Below are positions 1 to 11,770 of a stretch of 64,000 bases of DNA, piece after piece; within the stretch, counting starts at the first letter, position 1; each line of letters begins with the position of its first letter. Source of the stretch: Octopus vulgaris. Lineage: Eukaryota. The stretch is from assembly GCA_951406725.2 (NCBI GenBank), contig OX597821.1, positions 93,620,001-93,684,000 on the forward strand. Reading direction: 5' to 3'. A program made the position numbers and the translations under genes. A model generated the notes under the pieces. That model made no database searches, was not told where the DNA came from, and saw only the letters and a program-made list of their open reading frames with translations.

Positions 1-319
1 GTATATCTTACCTAGAGAGCATCAGTGACTTAATGGAAAAGAAATGTTTTCAATCAAAAATTAAAATTGCAACATGGAATTAGATTATAAGGAATTTGTT
101 ATATATTTGTCTAAAGTGTTTATATATATACCTACACAGACAGGCACATACATGCACTCACAAGTATACATATACTCATATATGCATACATGCATAAGCA
201 TACATACTATTACATTTATATACACATGCACACACTTAGATGGTCAATATCTAAGATAAGTTGTATTTCATCAACAAGGTGAAAAATATAACACTGGTTT
301 ACAATTTCCCTTTCAAATA

Positions 320-320
<1 letters not shown>

Positions 321-388
<68 letters not shown>

Positions 389-480
389 TCTCTCTTTGCC
401 ATAAACACACACATATCTATCTAGATTCATAGATAAATAGGGAAGACATTGAGGTAGCTGGACAGATATAGAAGCATGTG

Positions 481-511
<31 letters not shown>

Positions 512-522
512 ATGTATGTATG

Positions 523-556
<34 letters not shown>

Positions 557-670
557 TGTATGTATGTATGTATGTATTATGTATGTATGTATGTATTTAT
601 GTATGTATGTATGTATGTATTATGTATGTATGTATGTATGTATGTATATATATGCATATATATATATATT
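321..670. repeat. Microsatellites (CT)n and (TA)n/(TATG)n
   Basis: Direct reading: CT run ~321-395, TATG/TA run ~476-670. Confidence 0.95.
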
Positions 671-953
671 GCTAGTTTTCTGTAGCTCTGCTCATACAGG
701 CCTATGATCAAATCCATGACCATTCAATTTTTTATTCAACTAAAATCTATCTAAAACTATACTTTACAATGTGTCCTTACTTTATAAGGAAGTACAAGGA
801 GGTACCCATAAGTACAAGGAGGTACTGTTAGAAGACACTTGATGCGATCCTCAGGCTTCAGTTTACCAACCAGCTGTAGTGGGTGTGAAGTCGTACTACG
901 CCATGGTGCATCTTTGTTTTGCAGTGGTTCTCCCTTGTTTGTCAATTTTTGAG

Positions 954-1860
954 ATGGCTGAAATGAAGGAACAGCATGCTCCCATGAAATTTTGTTTTCT
1001 GCTGGGGAAAACGGCAGCCAAAGCAGTTGTCATGCCTCAAACAGCCTACAAGGATGCTAATGTGGAGGTGCAATGGCCCAGTGGTTAGGACAGCGGGCTC
1101 GCAGTCATAGGATCGCGGTTTCGATTCCCAGACCGGGCGTTGTGAGTGTTTATTGAGCAAAAACACCTAAAGCTCCACGAGGCTCCAGCAGGGGATGGTG
1201 GTGATCCCTGCTGTACTCTTTCACCACAACTTTCTCTCACTCTTACTTCCTGTTTCTGTTGTACCTGTATTTCAAAAGTCCGGCCTTGTCACTCTCTGTG
1301 TCACGCTGAATATCCCCGAGAACTACGTTAAGGGTACACATGTCTGTGGAGTGCTCAGCCACTTACATGTTAATTTCACGAGCAGGCTGTTCCGTTGATT
1401 CGGATCAACAGGAACCCTCGTCATCGTAACCGACGGAGTGCTTCCTCACAAGGATGCTACCATGTTTCATGTTTTAGGAATGGTCACTATTTGCTTGAAC
1501 ACCAACCTTGTTCAGGGCAACCGTCGACCTCCTGAACAGATGAAAACATCACAAAAATTCATGAACTGATCTTGGAGGACCATCGCAGAACAAATGACAA
1601 GCTTGTCGATATGACTAGTGTGTCCTGGAGCTCCTGCCAACGAATCTTGAGTGAGGAATTTCAAATGAAAAGAGTTACAGCAAAATTTATGCCTTGCTTG
1701 TTCATGGAAGTCACAACTGAATGCATGACCCCTCTTAACCACCCTCCCTATTCATCAGATGTTGCTCCCTCTGACTTTTCTTTGTTCCTCTGAATGTAAA
1801 AAGTCCTAAAACAAAAACGTTTTACAGATGTGGAAGGGATGAATAAAAAACGATGGAGGT
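954..1860 (+). pseudogene. Decayed, internally deleted mariner transposase interrupted by a SINE
   Basis: MAEMKEQHAPMKFCFLLGKTAAKAVVM (mariner N-terminal HTH), then SWSSCQRILSEEFQMKRVTAKFMP (WVPR-like) and HPPYSSDVAPSDF (YSPDLAPSD motif); stops present. Confidence 0.9.
1061..1447 (+). mobile_element. tRNA-derived SINE family A, full length
   Basis: Pol III A-box TGGCCCAGTGG and B-box GTTTCGATTCC; near-identical copies at 1873, 7993 and 20486; 12-bp TSD ACAAGGATGCTA at 1048-1059 and 1448-1459. Confidence 0.93.
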
Positions 1861-1872
1861 GTTTTTTTTTTT

Positions 1873-2250
1873 GGGAAGCACTCCATCAGTTACGACGACG
1901 AGGGTTCCGGTTGATCAACAGAACAGCCTGCTCATGAAATTAACGTGTAAGTGGCTGAGCACTCCACAGACACGTGTACCCTTAACATAGTTCTCGGGGA
2001 TATTCAGCGTGACACAGAGAGTGACAAGGCCGGCCCTTTGAAATACAGGTACAACAGAAACAGGAAGTAAGAGTGAGAGAAAGTTGTGGTGAAAGAGTAC
2101 AGCAGGGATCACCACCATCCCTGACGGAGCCTAGTGGAGCCTTAGGTGTTTTCGCTCAATAAACACTCACAACGCCCGGTCTGGGAATCAAAACCGCGAT
2201 CCTACAACTGCGAGTCCGCTGCCCTAACCACTGGGCTATTGCGCCTCCAT
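1873..2250 (-). mobile_element. SINE family A, full length
   Basis: Reverse complement of 1061-1447. Confidence 0.92.
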
Positions 2251-2704
2251 GATGCTTTTTCTAGCATTTCAAGGAAGTTTGTAAAGCAACCATGAGCAAA
2301 CTGCACCTCATGCAACGTTCTGAATGGCACACCAATGAAAAGATTATTTTGAATACTTTTAATAACGTGGCCCACCTGATGTTGAGCCACGTCTCATGCA
2401 GCCCATTTCCTGGAAAATGTTGCCCATGCCATGCCTCTTATAATGCTGCTATCATGGGCTGTACTCTTATGTTATGAAGTTCTTGCTATGAAGGCCACCT
2501 CTAAGATCTATGAAGATCTTGGTGGCTGATGATATATGCATCTCTGATCACCAGCAGAAGTATTGGGGGGGACATCATAGTCATGTGTTGAGAGAAATTC
2601 TTTTGGGTTTGAATAATTCACTTCTGGAGACATGGGCACTTCACTCAACATTCTTAACCTTTATTCAGAGACCTTTTGAGCAGGAAGGGCTACTCAACCT
2701 GAAG

Positions 2705-2947
2705 AACTTCTAACTGGGATCCACCTGCAAGGTCATGTGCTGTTTATCTTGATATGAGATCACCGTGTCGTGCATATATGGTCATGATGCATGCACCTGG
2801 TGTGCTCTTATCAGGTGGGTAGTCGTGATGGGTATATTAAGTTCCATGTGTACCCAAGTGTCACTTTGATGGCATGCACTGCTCTCTCACTCAATAATAA
2901 TAATAATAATGATAGTAATAATAATAATGATAGTAATAATAATAATA

Positions 2948-3006
<59 letters not shown>
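2705..3006 (+). mobile_element. LINE 3' end fragment ending in a long (TAA)n tail
   Basis: Unique-looking UTR-like segment ending ...CTCTCACTC then (AAT)n at 2893-3006; clade not determined. Confidence 0.45.
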
Positions 3007-3009
<3 letters not shown>

Positions 3010-3215
3010 CAAAAATACCAGGACTAATGAGTATATATAACATACAGAATATAGCACTACTAGGCACTGCACACATCCTACGTAAAACACTTTCAATACA
3101 GTAAAAATATGAGCCTCACAACAAACCACAACACATACCCAAAGCACAGAGAGCTGTACTCAGTAGTGCAGTGAAAGCACATGATAAAGATAAGACTATT
3201 GAATGAAATAATAAT
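3007..3215 (+). mobile_element. R4/Dong-like non-LTR retrotransposon 3' end
   Basis: Translates KIPGLMSIYNIQNIALLGTAHILRKTLSIQ*, matching the LLGTAxILRK C-terminal motif of R4/Dong ORFs; sits in TAA repeats. Confidence 0.75.
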
Positions 3216-3451
3216 TTCAAAATTTTGGTACAAAGCCAGCAATTTTAGAAGAGCGGGCTTAAGTTGATTACATTGATTCCAGTGTTCAACTGGTACTTAT
3301 CTTATCAACCCTGAAATGACTCTAGGCAAAGTCAATCTTAGTGGAACATGAATTGAGGGCATAATGAGTCAAAAATAGAACAAGATAATTTTTAGTAGAC
3401 AATGTATGCAAAATTCTTATGCTGTACAAACTGTTTTCTTGTGACAAATAT

Positions 3452-3670
3452 ATTCTTTTCTACTCTATGCACAAGGCCCAAAGTTTTGGCGGAGAGGGCC
3501 TATCAATAAGATCAACCTCAGTATGCAACTGGTACTTAATTTATCAACCCCGAAAGGCTGAAAGGCAAAGTCGACCTCGGCAGAATTTGAACTCAGAACA
3601 TGAAGACAGACGAAATGCCACTAAGCATTTCTGCTGGCATGCTAATGTTTCTGCCAGCTTGCTGCCTTCC
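3452..3670 (-). mobile_element. SINE family C (diverged neighbours at ~3230-3360 minus and ~4150-4345 plus)
   Basis: Shared core GAGTTCAAATTC..GAGGTCGACTTTGCCTTTCA..GATAAATTAAGTACCAGTT. Confidence 0.85.
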
Positions 3671-4347
3671 TATGACAAATATATTACATGTTGAATACTT
3701 AGGCAACTGTAAACTTAAAATTGTTCCATGGCAATTTTGGCATAACCTATCTCTCAATGCTAATAAAACTGTATTGGCAGATTTTAATGAGGGTCTGACA
3801 ATACAGCTACTAACAAAAATTCCATTTTTGCATACTTTTAAAGGTTGAATATTAAAAGTATATTTTGAAATTTTAATAAATAAACTTACTGAAATTCCTC
3901 CAGGCTTATAGATATTTAGGAACTTTATCAAAAGAAAACTTATCGAAATTTCATTAACTTTTATTAAAACAATATAAAATTTTAAAAGTTTTTAGAAATT
4001 CAATAAATTTTCCTTTGATAAAATACCTTAAAATATTTTAATATGCTTCCTTTAAAAGAACTTTTCAGAAAGAGTTGAAGTTATGTCAGGTGGTGGGGTG
4101 CATTTGTCATGTGAGAATGTTGTAGCCTCCCTTGTTTTAATATAATACAAGCATTAGCACACTGGACAAAATGCTTTGTGGTATTTCATCTATCTTTACA
4201 TTCTGAGTTCAAATTCTGCCAAGGTCACCTTTACCTTTCATCCTTTCATTGTTGATAAAATACATATCAGTTTAATACTGGAATCAACGTAATTGACTTA
4301 CCCCCACCCCCAATATTGCTGGCCTTGTGCCAAAATGTGAAACCAAT

Positions 4348-4560
4348 ATATGAGGTGGGTGCTGAAAAGTTCCTGGTTTTAAGGGTATCGTGAAAAGTCT
4401 GGCTGGAAGCCCAACTTTCCAGGTTCTTTCACAGGGCTTAGAAAAACTAAAGGACCGCTGCAATAAGTGTGTGAATCTGAGAGTGAAATATGTTGAATAA
4501 AATCATAATTAACTGATCCTCCTGTATTATCTTTTACCCAAAGCCAGGAACTGCTCATAA
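4348..4560 (+). mobile_element. Mariner-derived MITE
   Basis: Inverted ends AGTTCCTGGTTTT / AAAGCCAGGAACT; internal GLEKLKDRCNKCVNLRVKYVE* resembles the mariner C-terminus. Confidence 0.75.
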
Positions 4561-4729
4561 TACAAGTATGATTGCCTTCTAAACAACTTGTATTTTCTCC
4601 TATTCTTTGAGCTACTTTGTTTAGTTTGCTGTCCCTTTAAATAAAATATCAATGAGTAATACTTATTTTTGTCGAATGCAATGTTGAAATATATAATCAA
4701 TTTAACCCATTTATTCATTTTTTTTTAAT

Positions 4730-4873
4730 AGGCGTTAGGAAGGGCATCCAGCTGTAGAAACACTGCCAGATCAGACTGGAGCCTGGTGCAGCCTTCTGAC
4801 TTCCCAGATCCCCGGTCGAACCATCCAACCCATGCTAGCATGGAGAACGGACGTTAAACGATGATGATGATGA
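4730..4873 (+). mobile_element. Family D (RTE 3'-end related repeat with a (GAT)n tail), truncated
   Basis: GGCGTTAGGAAGGGCATCCAGCTGTAGAAAC...CCCATGCTAGCATGG..GGACGTTAAACGATGATG; multiple copies in the window. Confidence 0.85.
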
Positions 4874-4879
4874 CTAGTA

Positions 4880-5945
4880 GAATTTCTTTCTGATTGATAG
4901 CTTTTGATTCTCATTAGCATATTCAAATGACACTCACCTGAATGGTTTCTCAGAATTGTTTTTCAGTTGATTCATTAGGTTAAAACCTTGCCCGCAGTCT
5001 GCATGAGATACAAGAATGATTCATCTAATGTCCATCTACTTTGCAAGGTCACAAAACTTCAATTTGATGCACAAATATCACCATTTGAGCAAAGTTTGAA
5101 ATCAGTTTGAGATTTAATTTTTTTCTTTCAAAGAAAATTTTAAAAAGTTCAAACTAACTAAATATTATAACATTTTCAGTTTAGAAAATCATAATTTATG
5201 CATAAGGCATTAACTTTGTCCGTTATCAAATGTGAAATCACAATCGGTAATTTTGAAGAAATCAAAAGCTGACCATTCTTGTATCTCATTTTCAGGAAAC
5301 CTTTCTTCTAAATGAATACAAAGACAGTTTATAATAGTCAATAATAAACTTATATCAACTGTCATGTTTTCTTCGTGCGGTGAAGTTTAACAAAACTCTA
5401 ACTTTGTCGCTCCATGAAATATTGCCTTCCATTTACTGCTTCTGTAGAATCATGCACAGCATAGTCAGTTCTTCAAAGACAGTTAAAACCTGCAGAGCTA
5501 CTTTTCATGTGATGTTTATAATTTTCTTTTGATAATATTCAACCATTTATTTTCTTTAAAGTAGGCGATGAGTTCCTCATAGTTTTTATTTTTTTCCTTT
5601 CTTTTTTTGCTGTGTAAAGTGTCTCAGTAACCATCTAACTTCATTAACTGGTCTGAAAGCAATAACTTTATTTCTGGTAAAGGCCTCTACAATTTTTTCG
5701 AGTTTGTATTTTTTAAGTGTAGATCAAGAATACACTTTATTGATCGCTCTCAACAAAGTTTCAATGTCTCTTATTAATTTCACTTCATTCCAGATCTTCA
5801 TGGTTTCTAGACACTGCTGCTGAACTAAGTGCAAAATGTCCTGTTTCGATCTTACTACAACACCAATAATTCTACCCAACATTGGTGTTATTCTATCAGA
5901 TGTAAACATCATCATTGTAAGGATCACAAATTTCTGAACTTTCTA
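4880..5945 (-). pseudogene. Decayed hAT transposase (ZNF862-like)
   Basis: MFTSDRITPMLGRIIGVV (TSDGA..MLG..GV motif), HLEERFPENE, and C-terminal ADCGQGFNLMNQLKNN..HLNMLMRIK (hAT dimerisation domain, CERGFS..N..K); many stops and frameshifts. Confidence 0.82.
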
Positions 5946-5974
5946 AAACTCATTTAGATTATGCACATTATTTA

Positions 5975-6175
5975 TATTTGATGGATATATTTGTCCTCAT
6001 CTTGTTTGTTGTTAACACAACATTTCGGCTAATATACCCTCCAGCCTTCATTGGGTGTCTTGGAGAAATTTTGAACCTGGTTTCTCATTCCTAAGGTATT
6101 CCTAAGGTTCTCATTCCAGGTTCAAAATTTCCCCAAGACACCTGATGAATGCTGGAGAGTATATCAGCCAAAAGA
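5975..6175. mobile_element. Penelope-like terminal fragment as a ~58-bp inverted repeat with a hammerhead-like motif
   Basis: Arms 6023-6080 and 6116-6173; CTGATGA at 6142-6148 and GCCGAAA on the opposite arm. Confidence 0.65.
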
Positions 6176-6409
6176 TTGAAAGAAAGAGAGACCCCTAAAT
6201 GAGACGACAAAAAATGTTGTTTATCATGCAGTTTTGCAATAAGTTCTAAGTCAACAAATTATATCATTGTTTAGATGAAAATTGTTCAGTGCTTGAAAAA
6301 TATTGGTCAAGTTCAATGAAATTTAATATGTACTCAATGCATGTAGTGTCATTGTTAGGCCCATGGCCCAATGACTAGCCCTCCACAGGAGCTAGCATAA
6401 AAGCCACCC

Positions 6410-6555
6410 AACAGGGCGGCTTCTGTTCCTTTCTATTGAAGAGCGTAGGCTCAAATCATAAAAGACTTTCTCACCTTCCTGAGTATTAAACTAATACACC
6501 TGTTTGTTGTTTATACACCTGTCTTCATCTTTTGTTCTTTTTGTAAATTCCAACT
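6410..6555 (+). mobile_element. Probable Penelope-like terminal fragment
   Basis: Degenerate hammerhead-like TGAAGAGC-GTAG-GCTC motif, T-rich tail, runs into (TA)n. Confidence 0.4.
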
Positions 6556-6565
6556 ATATATACAC

Positions 6566-6596
<31 letters not shown>

Positions 6597-6689
6597 CACC
6601 CACATACATGTATGTATGTATGTATGTATGTATGTATGTATGTATGTATGTATGTATGTATGTATGTATATATGTATGTATGTGTATGC

Positions 6690-6925
6690 ATAAATGGATG
6701 TTTGTGTGTCTTTGTGTCTCTGTTTGTCCCCCACCACCACTTGACAACTAGTGTTGGTTTGTTTATGTCCCTGTAGCTTAGCGATTCAGCAAAATAGACT
6801 AATAGGATAAGTACCATGCTTTAAAAAAAATAAGTACTGGAGATGATTAGTTTGATTAAAATTCCTCAAGGTAGTGCCCCAGCATGGCTACAGTCTAAGG
6901 ACTGAAACAAGTAAAAGACAAAAGT
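6690..6925 (+). mobile_element. SINE family B, 3' half, diverged
   Basis: TGTTTGTCCCC..CTTGACAAC...CCAGCATGGC..ACTGAAACAAGTAAAAGA. Confidence 0.8.
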
Positions 6926-7992
6926 TAAAAAATATACACACACACACACATAATTAAAAATATTGGAATAAGCAGTGGTGAGAAGCTGTCACCTATGTAG
7001 GACCAGAACACCCAACAAAACTGATCACCCTCCACTCTAATCCCGATTTGTGAATTGGGTTTCCCAAAACTGCCTATGAACAGTTTAACCCACTTAACTA
7101 AGAAGTGAAGGATCCTACATACACTGATGTGTGATCCCTCTGCTGCAGGTAGATTTCTGAAGAGATTTTATAAAGTAATTCCATGGGGCTGTTTCTACTT
7201 TTAGCCCTCCTGCTCCAGTCTAGATATAAATGAGGCAAACAGCTGCCATGCCTGGCAATGAGTACCTACCACCAAGGAGATCCCATACACATCAAAACCA
7301 CATAATCTGATGGTCTTCAAGCCTGGGTGGCAGGAATTACATCTTGCTTGCAATTAATAACAGGTACAAGAAGTACACTGAATAAACCAGTTTGAGATGT
7401 CTTCCTAGGGTTAAATGGCAGCTTCATCATCTCTTAGAAGGACAGTCACATTAAAGTGGCCATAAGCAATGCTATATTTGGTTAATTTTCCTCTTTTATT
7501 TTTTAGAGACTGATATTTCAGGTAGGAGTCACTTTGTTTCTTTGTCCCCTTGACAACAATATCTAGCTGATTAGAGTATTGTCAATACTTTAAAAACTAG
7601 AAAATCAAAACAAAACACCACATGCATCAAAGATGCTTATAGTTGCACTCATTACTGTAGTAAAAGCACACAACTCAATAAAAATAAAATTAATGGAAAA
7701 TAACAATAATAATAATAATAATAGTCTCTGCTTACTACTTTCACGCACTGCATACTTTATCTTTACCACACATAAACCCTGATAGCCTAAGTAGATCTAA
7801 CAGAACACATCCTAGCTATTCTATTGCACTTATCCCAGGTTTATCAGACTATCTAACTGTACTCTGTACAGAAATGTCCCATGTAATGTTATTTTCTACA
7901 TTACCAATCAGAGTAGGAACAGGTGTACAGTGTTGTCCTCAAAAAAAGCTAATGCATAACATGTCCAGAACTTGGTTCAGTGTATTTCACCT

Positions 7993-8380
7993 GTGGAGGC
8001 GCAATGGCCCAGTGGTTAGGGCAGCGGACTCGCGGTCATAGGTTTCGATTCCCAGACCGGGCGTTGTGAGTGTTTATTGAGCGAAAACACCTAAAAGCTC
8101 CATGAGGCTCCGGCAGGGGATGGTGGTGATCCCTGCCGTACTCTTTCGCCACAACTTTCTCTCACTCTTACTTCCTGTTTCTGTTGTACCTGTATTTCAA
8201 GGGGCCGGCCTTGTCACTCTCTGTGTCATGCTGAATATCCCCGAGAACTACGTTAAGGGTGCACGTGTCTGTGGAGTGCTCAGCCACTTACACGTTAATT
8301 TCACGAGCAGGCTGTTCCGTTGATTCGGATCAACCGGAACCCTCATCGTCGTAACCAACAGAGTGCTTCCATTCCATTCC
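7993..8380 (+). mobile_element. SINE family A, full length
   Basis: Matches 1061-1447; imperfect TSD ATTTC(A/G)CCT. Confidence 0.92.
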
Positions 8381-9274
8381 ATTTCGCCTAAGGAATTTGA
8401 TCTGTTTATGCCTATTCCAAAGATCTGCTCTACAGAGCTAACTAGAGCTAGACAACAGCTCTAACAGTAATTGTAACAACAACAATAACAAAAACTACAT
8501 TTTCCACTTGCACTCATCTGTGAAATCAGTAATAAAGATAAAGATTCGCTGATAAACCGTGTTGAATGCTTAGATTAAGATCCGAGTAATTTGACAGAGG
8601 AGCAAAGTAACCACAGTAAGTTTATGTATTAATGGTGGATGCCAGCCAAGAAATGGACACCATTACTGCAGGACTGACTCAGCTACGTACAATTTAGAGA
8701 ATGATTTATGAAGTTTTGCTCAACGTTTGATTCACTGTATTACCTACAATGAAGAAAGCAATATCATATCATTCACTAAAGATAATCAGGAGATATTCTA
8801 CTGATGGAATTAATGTCTTGAAAGTAAACAGCCTAGGTTATTAAACTGGACTTAAGGACAGAAATCTAACTACCTCTAAAGAATTTATGCCATCTTCAAA
8901 TTCGATATGAAGAAACGGGAGAACATGAATAACTACACTGGTTCACAGTTAGTTGACAATTTTAGCAATGGCATTAAATAGGGCAACTCTTCATTGTTGA
9001 AAAACTTTTATTAAACACCCACTTTTTGTTGGCTTTATACAAACTGATTACTACGTTGGAGGAAGGATAGCTGCAGCGACAGGAGGATGGCTGTCACATA
9101 AATTTATATTTCCATGTTGGCATGGGAATATGAAATATAAAATTTTTAATGATGAGGAAGATGAGAAATATCAGAATGTAAGATGGTAACGAGTGGGGTA
9201 AAGAAGTAGAAGGTGGAAGGTGGAAGATATATGAAAATGTAAGAGGTGCAATATGGCATGAAAATATACGTGTA

Positions 9275-9296
9275 AGTGTGTGTGTGTGTGTGTGTG

Positions 9297-9375
<79 letters not shown>

Positions 9376-9452
9376 GGAGAGATTGATAGATAGATAGATA
9401 GATATACATAAGTTACATATATGTATGAATGTATATATATATATAGTATATA

Positions 9453-9491
<39 letters not shown>

Positions 9492-9515
9492 TATATATAT
9501 ATATGTGTATATATG

Positions 9516-9549
<34 letters not shown>

Positions 9550-9786
9550 CATATATCTATATACACACATATATATATATACATACATAAAGTTATATGT
9601 ATACATATATACATAGATATATACACAAAGTTATACACGTGCACATATATACATATATATGTGTGTGTATGTGTGTATATATATATATATGAAGAAAGAA
9701 AAGGCAAAGTAGCTATGTAAACACATGTATGTATGTGTGTGTTTATATGTGTGCATACGTGCGTGCTGTGTTTGTGTGTGTGTGTG

Positions 9787-9817
<31 letters not shown>

Positions 9818-9860
9818 AAGACATATATACATACATTGTATGCATAAATTCACACACACA
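9275..9860. repeat. Compound (TA)/(TG)/(GA) microsatellite tract
   Basis: Direct reading. Confidence 0.95.
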
Positions 9861-10238
9861 CAGCTACTGTAGGATCTTATATAGCTAATATTGTGAAATG
9901 AAAATATTCAGTTAACTAAGATTATACATGCAATATGTACACAAAAATTTCTTTCTAGGGTCTTTCTAAAATCTAAACACAACAAGCAAGGGAAATAACT
10001 CCATTAAAATCAGCCAATAAAAATATTTGGAAAATAAAAAACAATACAGGCAGGAATCTTTCGAAGTGAACTGGTAAAAGAAACAGGTTGTTTTCAGTTC
10101 TATTAGACTGATCTTGGTGAAATATATTCTGCTAAGTTGGTAAGAATTATAGATAATCAGCATATATAGAAATAGAGCTAATTTAGTGATGATGATTATG
10201 AATATCAACAAACAACTAATTTACCTACATTGGGCATA

Positions 10239-10281
<43 letters not shown>

Positions 10282-10364
10282 TAATAAGGGTAGAAATTGA
10301 TATTAATCAATTAAAACCAGTGGCCCATCATATTAAAAAATCCGAAGATTAAAATATTTTTACA

Positions 10365-10588
10365 TACAAAATTTAAAGGACTGACCACTAAAAGTGGACG
10401 GTCAACATGCTAGATATAGACGTCAAATCGCTATTTTCCACAAAGAATATGTTCTCAAACAAAAACTCAGCACAAACCAAAGCATTAAAAATATTTGAGA
10501 ACATATTCTTTGTGGAAAATAGCGATTTGACATCTATATCTATCATGTTGACCGTCCACTTTTAGTGGTCAGTCCTTTAAATTTTGTA
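10365..10588. repeat. 95-bp near-perfect inverted repeat with a 34-nt loop
   Basis: Arms 10365-10459 and 10494-10588, two mismatches by eye. Confidence 0.92.
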
Positions 10589-10666
10589 CATATATATATA
10601 TCTGTAAATTAATATGTGACAATTATTCAATAGCCAAGATAAGTTAGTTAGTTTTGCTAGCAAAAA

Positions 10667-10704
10667 CTGTCTGATGAACGGCAACGAGAAACTCAGAGTA
10701 ACAG
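10667..10704 (+). ncRNA. Minimal type I hammerhead ribozyme motif in a Penelope-like fragment (~10600-10740)
   Basis: CTGT-CTGATGA-ACGGCAACGA-GAAA-CTCAGAG-TA-ACAG: stem I CTGT/ACAG, conserved core, near-palindromic stem III, GUA cleavage triplet. Confidence 0.75.
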
Positions 10705-10736
10705 ATTTTGTTGAATTTTCTGCTGCTTAAAATAAA

Positions 10737-10767
<31 letters not shown>

Positions 10768-10771
<4 letters not shown>

Positions 10772-11770
10772 GAGTGATTGAAAAGTAACTCCCTATTTCA
10801 AAATATTTATAATTTATTTATTAACTACAATTTTTCCTCAAATTTGATGTGTATATTCTTTAATGTATGGAAATCGATTTTATGATTTTTTTTTTTTTTC
10901 AGATTGATTATTTTTTTGAAATTTAGAATCCCTGCAAACATGGTCTGATCTCTTTAAAAATATCCTCTGCAGTGATGAAGCGGTATTCCACATCAGTAGG
11001 TTTGTGAACCATCACAACTGCCACTACTGGGCAGGAGAAGATCTTCACACTACCTCTGAAAAAATGCAGAATCAGTCCAAGATAATGGTATTGTGTGGAA
11101 TGACTTTGGACAGGATTGTGAGTCCTTTTATTCATTGCAATTCTATGAATGCTGAAAGGTACCTCACCATGCTGGAAGATGAAATCTGGCCAGTTATTCA
11201 CATGAAGTTAAATATATGTCTGGTCATAGAGTGACCAATGCTTTTGTATCCATGAAGCAGTTATCAGTACTTGAGAGAATATTAATGATTTAATTTTTAT
11301 GCAAGATTGCATGCCTCCACATTTTACTATTGTTGTTTCTGAATGGCTGAATGCCTACTTCTTTGGGAGATGGATGGGTCATCAAGGTCCACATGATTGG
11401 CCAGCCAGAAGCCCTGATTTAATGCCCTGCAACTTTTTTTTTTTTTTTTGGTGGGGTTGCTTAACCCTTTAGCATTCAGATTACTCTGTCAAATGTAAAG
11501 CCTGTTTAATCACATTATTTTAAATTAATTGTACAGCATCTTGTAACTCTGAGATTTTGATGATGTCCCTGTTTATTTTTAGAATGACTTTGTAGGGTAG
11601 GTGTGAAAGGTCAGAGCTGGCTGGTTTGAGCATATAACAGGAAGGCAATTTTGGCCTGGTATGGCCAGTTTAAACACTAAAGGGTTAAATGAGCAAGTCT
11701 ACTCTACCGAACCAACAACTTTGGAAGAACTTGAAGGGCAAATACGAGAAGTTACGTCTTCCATCCCACA
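10768..11770 (+). pseudogene. Decayed Tc1/mariner transposon of the rosa/DD41D (DUF4817-associated) type
   Basis: SDEAVFHI..VNHHNCHYWA, YLTMLEDEIWP, FMQD..PPH, WPARSPDL.P..FF, EQVYSTEPTTLEELEGQI; TIR-like start CAGAGTGATTGAAAAGT. Confidence 0.85.
11461..11688 (+). mobile_element. TTAA-flanked (piggyBac-like) MITE inserted in the transposase
   Basis: TTAA-CCCTTTAG ... CTAAAGGG-TTAA; second copy at 13395-14067. Confidence 0.85.

Noticed and set aside
1061-1140. tRNA gene
   Set aside because: A and B boxes are present but continue into a multi-copy body with TSDs, so this is a SINE head. The same applies to the B, C and E heads.
1195-1398. Recurrent MVVIPAVLFHHNF.. ORF seen four times as a gene family
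   Set aside because: It lies inside SINE A and recurs only because the SINE does.
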